Assembly: GCA_963851325.1 (NCBI GenBank)
Contig: CAWKOR010000002.1
Span: 263,289 to 327,288 of the forward strand
Origin: an uncultured delta proteobacterium
GTDB taxonomy: Bacteria; Desulfobacterota; Binatia; Binatales; Binataceae
Length of the DNA: 64,000 nt
Direction: 5' to 3'
Shown: positions 37,698 to 46,496 of the stretch, piece after piece
How positions within the stretch are numbered: position 1 is the stretch's first letter
Layout: the number at the start of each line of letters is the position of its first letter
Position numbers and translations under genes: made by a program
The notes under the pieces: model-generated
What the model was told of the DNA's origin: nothing
Databases searched by the model: none
What the model saw: only the letters and a program-made list of their open reading frames with translations

Positions 37698-39731
37698 ATG
37701 AGTGCAGGTTTCCAGCTCGGGTCTGGTCCGGAAGAGACTCCGTATTCCCGTCGCGATGAGTTTCTGGCCGGCCTGGATTGGGCTATCGAGCGTTCGCGCC
37801 GCGCGCTGCTGGCCCTCCAGCATCCGCAGGGCTATTGGGATGCGGCGCTAGAAGCGCCCGCGCAGATGAACGCCGAGTTCATCATCTTCAATCATTTCAT
37901 GGATAGCGTCGATCGCGGCCTCGAGGCGCGAATCGCGAAATACCTGCTCGAAACCCAGCAACCGGATGGAAGCTGGAATCTGTTTCCCAATGGCGATGGA
38001 TACGCCTCCTACACCATCGAAGCGTACGCGGCCCTGAAGCTAGCGGGCGTGCACGCCGAGGATGATCCGCTGGTGCGCGCCCGCAGATGGATCATGGCCA
38101 ACGGCGGCATCACTCGGGCCGGGGCGCTCGCGCGTTTCTACCTGGCCTCGATTGGGCTGGTGCCGTGGAGCTCGACTGCGGCTTGTCCAGTGGAGTTGCT
38201 GCTGCTGCCGAACTGGTTCCCGCTCAACATTTATGAATTGGGATCGTGGGCGCGCGGGACCTTCGTGGCGCTGGCATTGCTGCAGGCCGCGAAGCCGGTG
38301 GTGCAGGTGAGCGACGGGAATCTGATCGCCGAATTGTATGAAAACCCGCCCCATCTGACGAATTTCGCGCAGCCCCGCGGCGCGACCACTTTTTCGATGC
38401 GCAACGTCCTCAATCAAATCGATCGGCTGCTGCGCCTGTACGATCGCCATCCCGCCAGGCAGTTGCGCCCGAAAGCCAGGTGGGCCGCCGAGAAGTGGCT
38501 CATCGATCATCAGGAAGCCAACGGCTCTTTCGGCGGAATCGAACCGTGCTACCTGCTCAGCCCTATGGCGCTCAAAGGGGTCGGTTACCGCAATGAGCAT
38601 CCGGTGATTCGCAAATCGCTGGAGGCGTCGCGCGAGTTGATTTGGGAGATGGGGGACAAGGCGCTCTACATGCCTTGCGTATCCCCCAACTGGAATACCG
38701 CGCTCGCGTGCAAGGCATTGCTGGCGTCGGGAATGCGCGGCGACGATCCTGCACTCACCGCTGCGACGCAGTGGTTCATCGATCACCAGGTCTTCACCAC
38801 GGGCGACTGGTCGATCAAGCGTCCCGACCTGAAACCGGGTGGATGGCCGTTTGAGTTCTTCAACAATGCTTACCCCGATGTCGATGACTCTGCGGTGATC
38901 GTAGCGGTGCTCGCCGAGACCGGGGGCCTCGACGACGCGACGAAGCAGCACGCCATCGCGGCCGGCGCCAACTGGGTCACTGGAATGCAATCGAAGGACG
39001 GGGGTTTTGCGGCTTTCGACACCGATACGGATTCCAAGTGGCTGAATGAATTGCCGCTCGCCGATGTCGAGGCAGTCACTGATCCATCGTGCCCCGATCT
39101 CACTGGACGTGTGCTCGAAATGCTCGGCGCATTGCACTACAGCAGCGATCATCCGGTGGCGCGCCGCGCGATCCAATGGCTCCAGCGCAACCAGTCGATC
39201 GAGGGCTCATGGTGGGGGCGATGGGGCGTCAACCACATCTATGGAACCTTCTCCGCGTTGCTGGGACTGCGTGCGATTGGAGTCGACCTTCGTGAGCCGT
39301 GGATTCGGCGCGCGGTGGGCTGGCTCAAATCCAAACAGAACGTGGACGGTGGATGGGGCGAAAGTTGCCTGAGCGACAAGGACCCGAGCTGGCGCGGACG
39401 CGGGGAGAGCACCGCATCCCAAACGGCGTGGGCGCTGATTGGGCTGCTCGCGGGTGAGGATGCGATCGGCGAAAACGTCCTGCGCGGGGTGCGATGGCTC
39501 ATCGAGCGGCAAAATCCCGCGGGTTCGTGGGACGAGCAAGCCTTCACCGGCAACGGATTCCCGAATCATTTCTACATGCGCTACTACCTCTATCCGCACT
39601 ATTTCCCGTTGCTGGCGCTGGCAAATTTCAGGACCCGCCTGCAGGAAGCCGGGGTCGAGGCGCCTGCGGAGACCGTCGCACTAACCAGCGGCGAACTGGT
39701 GCGGCTGCGGCGCACCCCGCTGCTACGCTGA
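37698..39731 (+). CDS. shc: Squalene-hopene cyclase (triterpene cyclase)
   Basis: Repeated QW motifs, GWPFEFFNNAYPDVDDSAVIV (a DxDD[T/S]A catalytic motif) and GNGFPNHFYMRYY at the C-terminus. The ORF-track start 37635 is a GTG; the ATG at 37698 (MSAGFQ...) is more plausible. Confidence 0.9.
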   Translation: MSAGFQLGSGPEETPYSRRDEFLAGLDWAIERSRRALLALQHPQGYWDAALEAPAQMNAEFIIFNHFMDSVDRGLEARIAKYLLETQQPDGSWNLFPNGDGYASYTIEAYAALKLAGVHAEDDPLVRARRWIMANGGITRAGALARFYLASIGLVPWSSTAACPVELLLLPNWFPLNIYELGSWARGTFVALALLQAAKPVVQVSDGNLIAELYENPPHLTNFAQPRGATTFSMRNVLNQIDRLLRLYDRHPARQLRPKARWAAEKWLIDHQEANGSFGGIEPCYLLSPMALKGVGYRNEHPVIRKSLEASRELIWEMGDKALYMPCVSPNWNTALACKALLASGMRGDDPALTAATQWFIDHQVFTTGDWSIKRPDLKPGGWPFEFFNNAYPDVDDSAVIVAVLAETGGLDDATKQHAIAAGANWVTGMQSKDGGFAAFDTDTDSKWLNELPLADVEAVTDPSCPDLTGRVLEMLGALHYSSDHPVARRAIQWLQRNQSIEGSWWGRWGVNHIYGTFSALLGLRAIGVDLREPWIRRAVGWLKSKQNVDGGWGESCLSDKDPSWRGRGESTASQTAWALIGLLAGEDAIGENVLRGVRWLIERQNPAGSWDEQAFTGNGFPNHFYMRYYLYPHYFPLLALANFRTRLQEAGVEAPAETVALTSGELVRLRRTPLLR

Positions 39732-39903
39732 CCATTGCGCGAGGGGGCGGAGCTCCATCCGGCGATGATCCGGATTTCGCTGACCTGCACCTTTATCCAC
39801 AACATCGGTAGCAAAATCGTACTACTGGTCTGGTGTCATTCCCTACAATCTGTTAAATGGTGAGTCACTAAGCGCTACGGAAGGACAGGCCTTTCGATGG
39901 AGC

Positions 39904-40212
39904 TTGGCAGTGGCGGGGGAATCAGTTCGAGGAGGCGGGGTTATGTTCGGGGTAATGCTTTCCAAGTTCGAGATTGTGGCCGACCGCAGCGAGGACAATC
40001 TTCTTCATTCACTTTCTTCGGCGATGCGCGAGCGCGGCTTTACGCTGCTCGGGGTTGTTGCGATCCATGATGAAGAAGGCTCGCTGGTCACTTTCGGCGA
40101 TGCCGAAACCACGCAGAGCGTGGAGTTTGCGGGCGTCCTGCGATGCCTCGCCGACCAGATCGAGCTCAACCAGGAGGAGCCGGCGCACCACGAAATGGTT
40201 GCGTCCGCCTAG
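39904..40212 (+). CDS. Hypothetical small protein
   Basis: 102-aa ORF (likely start at the internal Met MFGVMLSKFEIVADR...). Coding-like composition but no recognisable motif. Confidence 0.4.
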   Translation: MAVAGESVRGGGVMFGVMLSKFEIVADRSEDNLLHSLSSAMRERGFTLLGVVAIHDEEGSLVTFGDAETTQSVEFAGVLRCLADQIELNQEEPAHHEMVASA

Positions 40213-40353
40213 TCGCCGGCAAATCGAAGCGTCGCGCGAGCGCGGTTGGCCTTCGGGCTCGCCGATGCGTTATCGCGGTATTCCCTTTGCAATTTCGATC
40301 GACGCGGGACAAATTGTCCTCGAGGCGACGCTTTCCGTCGCTTCGAGGTAATC

Positions 40354-41331
40354 AAGATGAACCCGATCACGAGCAAGTGGCCATTCAAGAAAGGTCTGCA
40401 GGATCTCGGCAGCGGATGCTACGCGTATCTTCAGCCCGACGGCTCCTGGGGATGGAGTAACGCCGGACTGGTAGTCGATAGCGGACAATCGCTGCTGGTC
40501 GATACGCTGTTCGATCTCAAGCTCACGCGCGAGATGCTCGACACCATGCGTCGGGCCGAACCGGCTGCGACCGCGAAAATCGCCACTCTCGTCAACACGC
40601 ATTCCAACGGCGATCACTGCTTCGGCAATGAGCTGGTCGAAGGCGCCGAAATCATCGCCTCGAAGGGATGCGACGAGGAGATGCGCCATGACGGCGGCGC
40701 GCAGGGCCTCGCGCAGATGAAGCGCAATGCGTCGCAGATGGGAGAAACCGGCGCCTACTTCGCGCGCATATTCGGTCCCTTCGATTTCGAGGGCATCAAC
40801 ATGCCGATGCCAACCACCACCTTCGAGGGCCAACTCGAGCGGCGTGTCGGCAACAAGACGGTGCGCCTCATCGAGGTCGGACCCGCGCACACCCGTGGCG
40901 ATGTGCTGGCCTATGTGCCGGCCGACCGCGTCATCTTTACCGGCGACATCCTTTTCATCAACGGCCACCCGATCATCTGGGCGGGGCCCATCGCCAACTG
41001 GATCAAGGCCTGCCAACTGATGCTCGATCTCGACGTTGAAACTGTGGTTCCCGGGCACGGCCCGATCACCGACAAGAAGGGCGTCGCCGCGATGAAGGGT
41101 TACTTCGAATACATCGAGGCACAGGCGCGCAAACGCTTCGACGCCGGGATGTCGATTGCCGAAGCCGCCAACGACATTTCGCTGGCGGATTATTCGGCGT
41201 GGGGCGACAGCGAGCGCATCGTGATCAACGTCGCGAGTCTGTACCGGGAATTTTCCGGGGGCAAGATGACCTCGAGCATCACCGATCTATTCGGCCTGAT
41301 GGCGCAGCTCGATAAGAATCGGCGCAACTAG
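40354..41331 (+). CDS. MBL-fold metallo-hydrolase
   Basis: The ORF 40246..41331 has a metallo-beta-lactamase fold with metal-binding motif variants (THSNGDHCFG, HTRGD, PGHGP). The internal start MNPITSKW... at 40354 is preferred. Confidence 0.75.
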   Translation, partial: KMNPITSKWPFKKGLQDLGSGCYAYLQPDGSWGWSNAGLVVDSGQSLLVDTLFDLKLTREMLDTMRRAEPAATAKIATLVNTHSNGDHCFGNELVEGAEIIASKGCDEEMRHDGGAQGLAQMKRNASQMGETGAYFARIFGPFDFEGINMPMPTTTFEGQLERRVGNKTVRLIEVGPAHTRGDVLAYVPADRVIFTGDILFINGHPIIWAGPIANWIKACQLMLDLDVETVVPGHGPITDKKGVAAMKGYFEYIEAQARKRFDAGMSIAEAANDISLADYSAWGDSERIVINVASLYREFSGGKMTSSITDLFGLMAQLDKNRRN

Positions 41332-41777
41332 CTCGGTCGAATCGTCAGCACCGGGCGCGTCGATTCGCGCACCACGCGCTCGGTCACGCTGCCCAGCTTC
41401 TCATACTTCACGCCGGTGCGCCCGTGGGTCGCCATTACCACCAGGTCGACGCCGAGTTCCTCTTCCAGCTTGACGATTTCCGCGGCCGGGTCGCCGACCC
41501 GCACAATCGTCTCGTAGGGTATTTTTCCCTCCAACCAGTTATGTGCGACGCCGCGCAACGCATCGTCGGCCAACCGCCGAACGTCGGCGCTGTCCTCGGG
41601 GATCGCGCACATCAGGTAGATGTAACGATCACTCTGGCGCGCCAGTTGGGTCACCATTTCGAGCGCCGGAATTGCGATTCGATCGAACTGGACCGGGAAC
41701 AGGATCTTCCTGAACAGTGGAGTCTCCACGGCAATGTGCCTCCATCTGATCGTTGCCTGTTGCGATGCGGATGGCAA
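41328..41777 (-). CDS. Universal stress protein (UspA family)
   Basis: Usp fold with the C-terminal ATP-binding motif VVMATHGRTG...GSVTERVV. The true start is probably internal (GTG, VETPLFRKILFPVQF). Confidence 0.75.
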   Translation of the reverse strand: MPSASQQATIRWRHIAVETPLFRKILFPVQFDRIAIPALEMVTQLARQSDRYIYLMCAIPEDSADVRRLADDALRGVAHNWLEGKIPYETIVRVGDPAAEIVKLEEELGVDLVVMATHGRTGVKYEKLGSVTERVVRESTRPVLTIRPS

Positions 41778-41799
41778 GCCGGCCGCGCGCGAGCGACTA

Positions 41800-42675
41800 T
41801 CACTGCATCGCGAGTTTCAGCTTCTCGGGGATTATCACCAGTCGGCGATTCTCGCGGGTCACGACCTTCTCGCGCTCGAACTCCACCAGCTGCATCGTCA
41901 CGTGCTGGCGCGACGCACCTACCATCGCGCCCAGCATCGCGTGGCTGACCATGAAGGGCAGCAGGCGGCCGCGATCGTTGCTGACCCCGAAGCGGTCCGC
42001 CAACTCCAGCAGGGCGGCGGCGATGCGTCCGCGCGCGCCCAGCATCATGAACTGCGCGTAGCGCTTGAGCAGCAGTTCCCAGCGCCCGAAGGTCGCCTGC
42101 ATCGCTTTCTCGAAGGTCGCAGGTTCACTGAACACTATCGAACGAAAGGCGGCGGCGTTGAGCGCGGCGACCTTGCACTCGGTGAGCGCTTCACATCGAA
42201 ACGGGCGCGCGCCGCCGGCCAGCAGCGCCGAGATTCCAACGATATCGCCGGGACCGACGATGCCGACCAACACGCGCCGGTCGAAGTCATTCATCGACAA
42301 GGCGGCCATGCCGGAAAGAATGAAATAGATGAAGTCGGCGCTTTCGGTCTGCGCGTACACGCTGCCCCCGCGTTTAACCTCCAGCATCCGCGAGGCATCG
42401 GCGATGGCGCGGATCTGTTCCTGGGAAAGCCACGCTAGCCGCCGCAGGCGGTCGAGCAGATGATGCTTCGAGCCGGGCGTGAAGTTATCCGAAAGGGGAA
42501 TCCGACCAGTGGGGCGAATAATTGGGCGAGGTATTGTGGTATCCAATATTCGTACGTCCGTGTTTGGTTGCGCATTTAGGCTGCGCGATTTTGTCAGATA
42601 TTGGACGCAGCGATCTCGCCGATGATTCATCGGGGCTGAAAATTGTCCATCGCGGCACGCGGCAGAATGCGCCAA
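41800..42675 (-). CDS. Crp/Fnr-family transcriptional regulator (cNMP-binding domain plus C-terminal HTH)
   Basis: A beta-roll cNMP-binding domain (GDIVGISALLAGG..RPFRCEAL) and a C-terminal HTH (GASRQHVTMQLVEFEREKVV). The N-terminal ~50 aa of the called ORF are probably not translated. Confidence 0.75.
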   Translation of the reverse strand: MAHSAACRDGQFSAPMNHRRDRCVQYLTKSRSLNAQPNTDVRILDTTIPRPIIRPTGRIPLSDNFTPGSKHHLLDRLRRLAWLSQEQIRAIADASRMLEVKRGGSVYAQTESADFIYFILSGMAALSMNDFDRRVLVGIVGPGDIVGISALLAGGARPFRCEALTECKVAALNAAAFRSIVFSEPATFEKAMQATFGRWELLLKRYAQFMMLGARGRIAAALLELADRFGVSNDRGRLLPFMVSHAMLGAMVGASRQHVTMQLVEFEREKVVTRENRRLVIIPEKLKLAMQ

Positions 42676-42716
42676 TGCGGAAGGATGCGGCGAAAACTTC
42701 TCTTAGGCGAGCAGCC

Positions 42717-43916
42717 CTACTTGATCGATCCTTCTTCGCGCCAGCGCTCGATCTGCGCCTGCTCGTAGCCGAGGTCGGCCAGGATCTCGTCGGTATGCTG
42801 TCCCAGCTTGGGCGCGAGACTACGAATCGATCCCGGCGTCTCCGAGAGCTTCACCGAGATTCCGACCTGCTTGACCTTGCCGCCATCGGGGGTGTCGAGC
42901 TCGACGATCATCTTGCGCGCGAGCACCTGCGGATCGTTCGGCACTTCGTCGAGGGTGAGCATCTTGCCGACGCAGATGTCGAGCTGGGTCATGATCTCGT
43001 ACCATTCGTCGCGCGTTTTGGTCTTGAACTTCTCGGTGAAGTAGCTATGGATCTCCGCCCGCTTCGATGAATCAAATTCATACGGAATGTATTGTTCGCA
43101 TTCGAGCGTGCGGCACAGATTCGCGAAGAACCACGGCTCCATCGATCCGATCGTAATGTATTTGTCGTCCTTGGTCAGATAGACGTTGTAGTTGGGGATG
43201 CCGCCGTCGGTCGGGTTCTCGCCCCGGCGCGGAATCTTGTTGGTGGCGAAGTAGGTCGAGAACGCCGGCGCGAGCAACGCCAGGGTCCCGTCCATCATCG
43301 AGATGTCGACATACTGGCCGCGCCCGGTCTGGGTCCGCGCCATCAGCGCCGCGAGGACTCCAATCGCGCCATGCATTCCGCCGCCCGCGTAGTCGGCGAG
43401 GAGATTGTGCGGAATCGTCGGCGGCTGCCCGGGGCGTCCCAGCATCGAGAGCGCGCCCGCGGTCGCGATGTAGTTGAGGTCATGTCCGACGTAATCGCGA
43501 TACGGCCCATCCTGTCCGAAGCCGGTGATCGCGCAGTAGATCAGTTTCTGATTGCGAGTGCGAAGTTTCTCGTAGTCGATGCCGAGGCGCTTGGCGACGC
43601 CGGGGCGATATTCTTCGACTACCACATCGGCGCGTTGCGCGAGGCGCAGATAAATTTCCTTGCCCGCGCCGCTCTTGAGGTTGAGCCCGATCGATTTCTT
43701 GTTGCGCATCAACGCGTTGCCCGGCGACCATCCCGCACCGCTCGATGCCACCCGCGCATTGCCGGCTTGCGCGGCGCGCCGCCCGGTCGGCGGCCCCGGC
43801 TCCTCGATCTTGATGATCTCCGCGCCCAGGTCGCCGAGGATCATCGTACAGAACGGGCCCGGCGCGAGTTTCGTCAGATCGAGAACTTTGATTCCGCTAA
43901 GTGGCGCTGATGGCAT
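42717..43916 (-). CDS. Family-III CoA-transferase (CaiB/BaiF family)
   Basis: 399 aa with N-terminal LSGIKVLDLTKLAPGPFCTMILGDLGAEIIKIE, a conserved Asp region and the overall CaiB architecture. Confidence 0.85.
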   Translation of the reverse strand: MPSAPLSGIKVLDLTKLAPGPFCTMILGDLGAEIIKIEEPGPPTGRRAAQAGNARVASSGAGWSPGNALMRNKKSIGLNLKSGAGKEIYLRLAQRADVVVEEYRPGVAKRLGIDYEKLRTRNQKLIYCAITGFGQDGPYRDYVGHDLNYIATAGALSMLGRPGQPPTIPHNLLADYAGGGMHGAIGVLAALMARTQTGRGQYVDISMMDGTLALLAPAFSTYFATNKIPRRGENPTDGGIPNYNVYLTKDDKYITIGSMEPWFFANLCRTLECEQYIPYEFDSSKRAEIHSYFTEKFKTKTRDEWYEIMTQLDICVGKMLTLDEVPNDPQVLARKMIVELDTPDGGKVKQVGISVKLSETPGSIRSLAPKLGQHTDEILADLGYEQAQIERWREEGSIK

Positions 43917-43974
43917 TGTGATTTCTCCTCTTCAAAGGCTGCGAGACAAAGTCGCCGGCGTTGCCCGTTAATTT

Positions 43975-44838
43975 TCAGGTCAGTGGGATCTGCAGCGCGG
44001 CGCGCAGGCGCGCGAGCTTCGCCGCCAGCGTCATCAGCCCCTTCACCATATGCACGCCGTACCAATGAAGGTCGCGCCCACTGACCAACATCACGCGACG
44101 CGCGAGCGCCGCCGGCAAAACCTTCTTCAACTCCTCGATATCGCGATCCTTGAATTCGTACGGCTCGTCCGGCAGCAACACGATGTCCGGCTTGCGCTCG
44201 ATCGCCTCGGCCAGCGTGGTGGTTGGATAGCGCTCGCCGGCGGATGCGAAAATATTATTGAAGCCGAGCATGCGCAGAACGTCGTGCGCGTAGGTGTCGG
44301 CGTTGAACGCCATCCAGGGATTTTTCCAAATCGGGCAGAACACCCGGAACGGCAGCTTCGACCATACGCCCACGCTGGCCTCGATGCCGCTGACGTTGCG
44401 CACGATCTCGCGCGCCATCACGTTCGCTTCGCTCTCGCGGCGCAGCGCCGTGCCCAGCTTGAGGATCGAATCGACCGCACCCGGAATCGTTTTCGGATAG
44501 GTGGTGAAAACCGCGACGCCGTGCTCGCGGATCTTCTCGACATCTTCGCGCCGATTCTCCTCGGCGTTGGCGATAACGAAATCCGGTTGCAGCTTCTCGA
44601 TCGCGCGCAGGTCCGGATTTTTGGTGCCCCCGATTTTAGCGATCGATGCGACCGCGTCGGCGGGCTCGACACAGAACCTGGTTACGCCGACGACCTCGCT
44701 GCCGAGTCCCATCGCGAACAGGGTTTCGGTCCAACTGGGCACCAGCGAGATGATGCGTTGCGGCGGAGCCTTGAGTTCGAGGCGGAAGCCCAGGTCATCG
44801 GTGATGCTGACTGGAGGGATGTTGCTTGGCGCCGCCAT
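43975..44838 (-). CDS. TroA/BtuF-like (cluster-A ABC-type) substrate-binding protein, apparently without a signal peptide
   Basis: 287 aa, similar in pattern to cobalamin/Fe-siderophore periplasmic binding proteins (RIISLVPSWTETLFAMGLGSEVVGVTRFC). No N-terminal signal or lipobox is visible. Confidence 0.65.
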   Translation of the reverse strand: MAAPSNIPPVSITDDLGFRLELKAPPQRIISLVPSWTETLFAMGLGSEVVGVTRFCVEPADAVASIAKIGGTKNPDLRAIEKLQPDFVIANAEENRREDVEKIREHGVAVFTTYPKTIPGAVDSILKLGTALRRESEANVMAREIVRNVSGIEASVGVWSKLPFRVFCPIWKNPWMAFNADTYAHDVLRMLGFNNIFASAGERYPTTTLAEAIERKPDIVLLPDEPYEFKDRDIEELKKVLPAALARRVMLVSGRDLHWYGVHMVKGLMTLAAKLARLRAALQIPLT

Positions 44839-44861
44839 CGGTTCGCCGCATTATGCCTGAA

Positions 44862-45149
44862 CTAGTGGCCGCCTGTCTTGCGCCGAATGACCTCGTCTAA
44901 TGCGCGCCGGTCGCTGTCGCTGAGATGCTCGCCCGCGCCGCCGTTAGAGCGCGCGGCCGGCTGGTTGTCATTCTGCGGAGCCTCGGGCTCGGGTCTGGAG
45001 GCAGCATCGTCGCGCGCGGGATGACTCAGGTAGCGCGCCGCGCTCGGCATCATCAGGCGACGCGCCATGAAGCCCGCAATTAGTAGAGCGATCGCGACAA
45101 TTACCAGCCATCGGGCCTGGCCGCGCTTGCGCCGGCGACGCTTGGCCAT
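44862..45149 (-). CDS. Hypothetical small membrane protein
   Basis: 95 aa; an Arg-rich N-terminus, one TM helix (WLVIVAIALLIAGFMA), then a low-complexity tail. Lies between operon genes. Confidence 0.35.
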   Translation of the reverse strand: MAKRRRRKRGQARWLVIVAIALLIAGFMARRLMMPSAARYLSHPARDDAASRPEPEAPQNDNQPAARSNGGAGEHLSDSDRRALDEVIRRKTGGH

Positions 45150-45153
45150 GGCG

Positions 45154-46386
45154 CTATCTTAGCGGAGCATCGAACAGTGCCGCACGCATCCATTTTCCGA
45201 GCAGCGCGCGGACCCCAAGCTCATCGACATTTTCCGCGCCGTTGTACCAATCGACGCCGACTTCCTGGGCGCGTTTGCTGAGCCCGGCGAGCTTGAAATA
45301 CAGGCGATGGCGCGGGCCGTAGAAATGGCGCGCCGCAAATGCGAGCTTGCGCAACTTCTTGCCGACCGCGCCGGTATGCAGCGCGGCATCGTATCGCGCG
45401 AGCGCCGAACGGTCTCCCGCCAGCAATTCGCCGATGTGCCGGGCCGCGAGCTTGCCGTGCTCGAAGGCGCAGGAAATCCCCTCGCCCATCAGCGGATCGA
45501 CGCCTGCCGCATCGCCGGCGAGCATCACGCGATCGTTCACGAAGCGATTTTTGCGGTTGAACCAGCGGATCGGAAACGCCTTGAAGTTCATCGCGCCATG
45601 TTCGAAATCGTCGAGTTGCAATTCGGGAAATGCTTCGCGCAAGCGGTCCGGCAACGGCGACTTCTGCGACGATCCGGTATGCGGCGGATGCTGATCGTAG
45701 ATCCCGACATTCAGATGCGGGCGATTATCGATCAGACACGGAAACGACCATGCGTAGCCGCTGGTACCCGCGGTGACACATTTGAAATCGAAGAGATATC
45801 GCTGCTCGAGGAACTGGGGCGTGCGCTCCGGGTCCACCGCAATATCCATCATCAACGCGCGCCCGATGCTCTTCTTGCCGCCGCCGAAGACCGACGCGCG
45901 CACCCGGCTCCCGGAGCCATCGGCGCCCACCAACACGGCGGTTTCGAAGGTTGCGCGCTCGGTGCGGACTCGCACCAGTCCGGCCTCCTGCTCGACCTCC
46001 CACACCCGGCACTGATCGATGATCTCGAGGCCCGCTTCCCTGGCTGCGCGCGCGAGCCGTGCGTCGAATTGATCGCGTCTGACCACGGTGCATAGCGGAT
46101 CGCCGCGGAACATATCGACTTCGCCAATCTCGGTTCGCGCGGTGCCGCGCATCACCTCGACGGCGGGGACTTCCAGTTCCAGACCGAGTTCCTTGAGCGC
46201 AAGCATTGTTTTGGGAATCAGTCCGCCGGCGCAGGTCTTGGGTCGGGGATGGCGGGCCTTCTCGATCGCAACCACGCGTCCCCTGAGTTCGGGATGCTCG
46301 CGCAACAGGTGCAATGCGGTCGCCAAACCGGCGGGGCCGGCACCTGCGATCAGCACTTCGCATTTAATCAAAGAAGGCGTTCTCAT
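45154..46386 (-). CDS. FAD-dependent oxidoreductase (geranylgeranyl-reductase-like family)
   Basis: 410 aa with the N-terminal dinucleotide-binding motif VLIAGAGPAGLATAL and GDAAG near the C-terminal region. A GGAGG RBS is present. Confidence 0.8.
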   Translation of the reverse strand: MRTPSLIKCEVLIAGAGPAGLATALHLLREHPELRGRVVAIEKARHPRPKTCAGGLIPKTMLALKELGLELEVPAVEVMRGTARTEIGEVDMFRGDPLCTVVRRDQFDARLARAAREAGLEIIDQCRVWEVEQEAGLVRVRTERATFETAVLVGADGSGSRVRASVFGGGKKSIGRALMMDIAVDPERTPQFLEQRYLFDFKCVTAGTSGYAWSFPCLIDNRPHLNVGIYDQHPPHTGSSQKSPLPDRLREAFPELQLDDFEHGAMNFKAFPIRWFNRKNRFVNDRVMLAGDAAGVDPLMGEGISCAFEHGKLAARHIGELLAGDRSALARYDAALHTGAVGKKLRKLAFAARHFYGPRHRLYFKLAGLSKRAQEVGVDWYNGAENVDELGVRALLGKWMRAALFDAPLR

Positions 46387-46440
46387 TGAGAGCCTCCATA
46401 GTGACTGCTCTATTTAAGCGAGAAAAGGGCCGTTGAAAGT

Positions 46441-46480
46441 GGCGGAAGAAAGGCGCGGCATTCCTGTCGAATACCGCGCC
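46441..46480 (-). terminator. Rho-independent terminator downstream of degP
   Basis: Minus-strand hairpin GGCGCGG-(15 nt loop)-CCGCGCC (46452-46480) followed by TTTCTTCC, 17 nt after the degP stop. Confidence 0.45.
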
Positions 46481-46496
46481 CTGCGAACGATGCGGC

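Noticed and set aside
38040-39176. 378-aa minus-strand ORF
   Set aside because: Antisense to squalene-hopene cyclase. No motifs.
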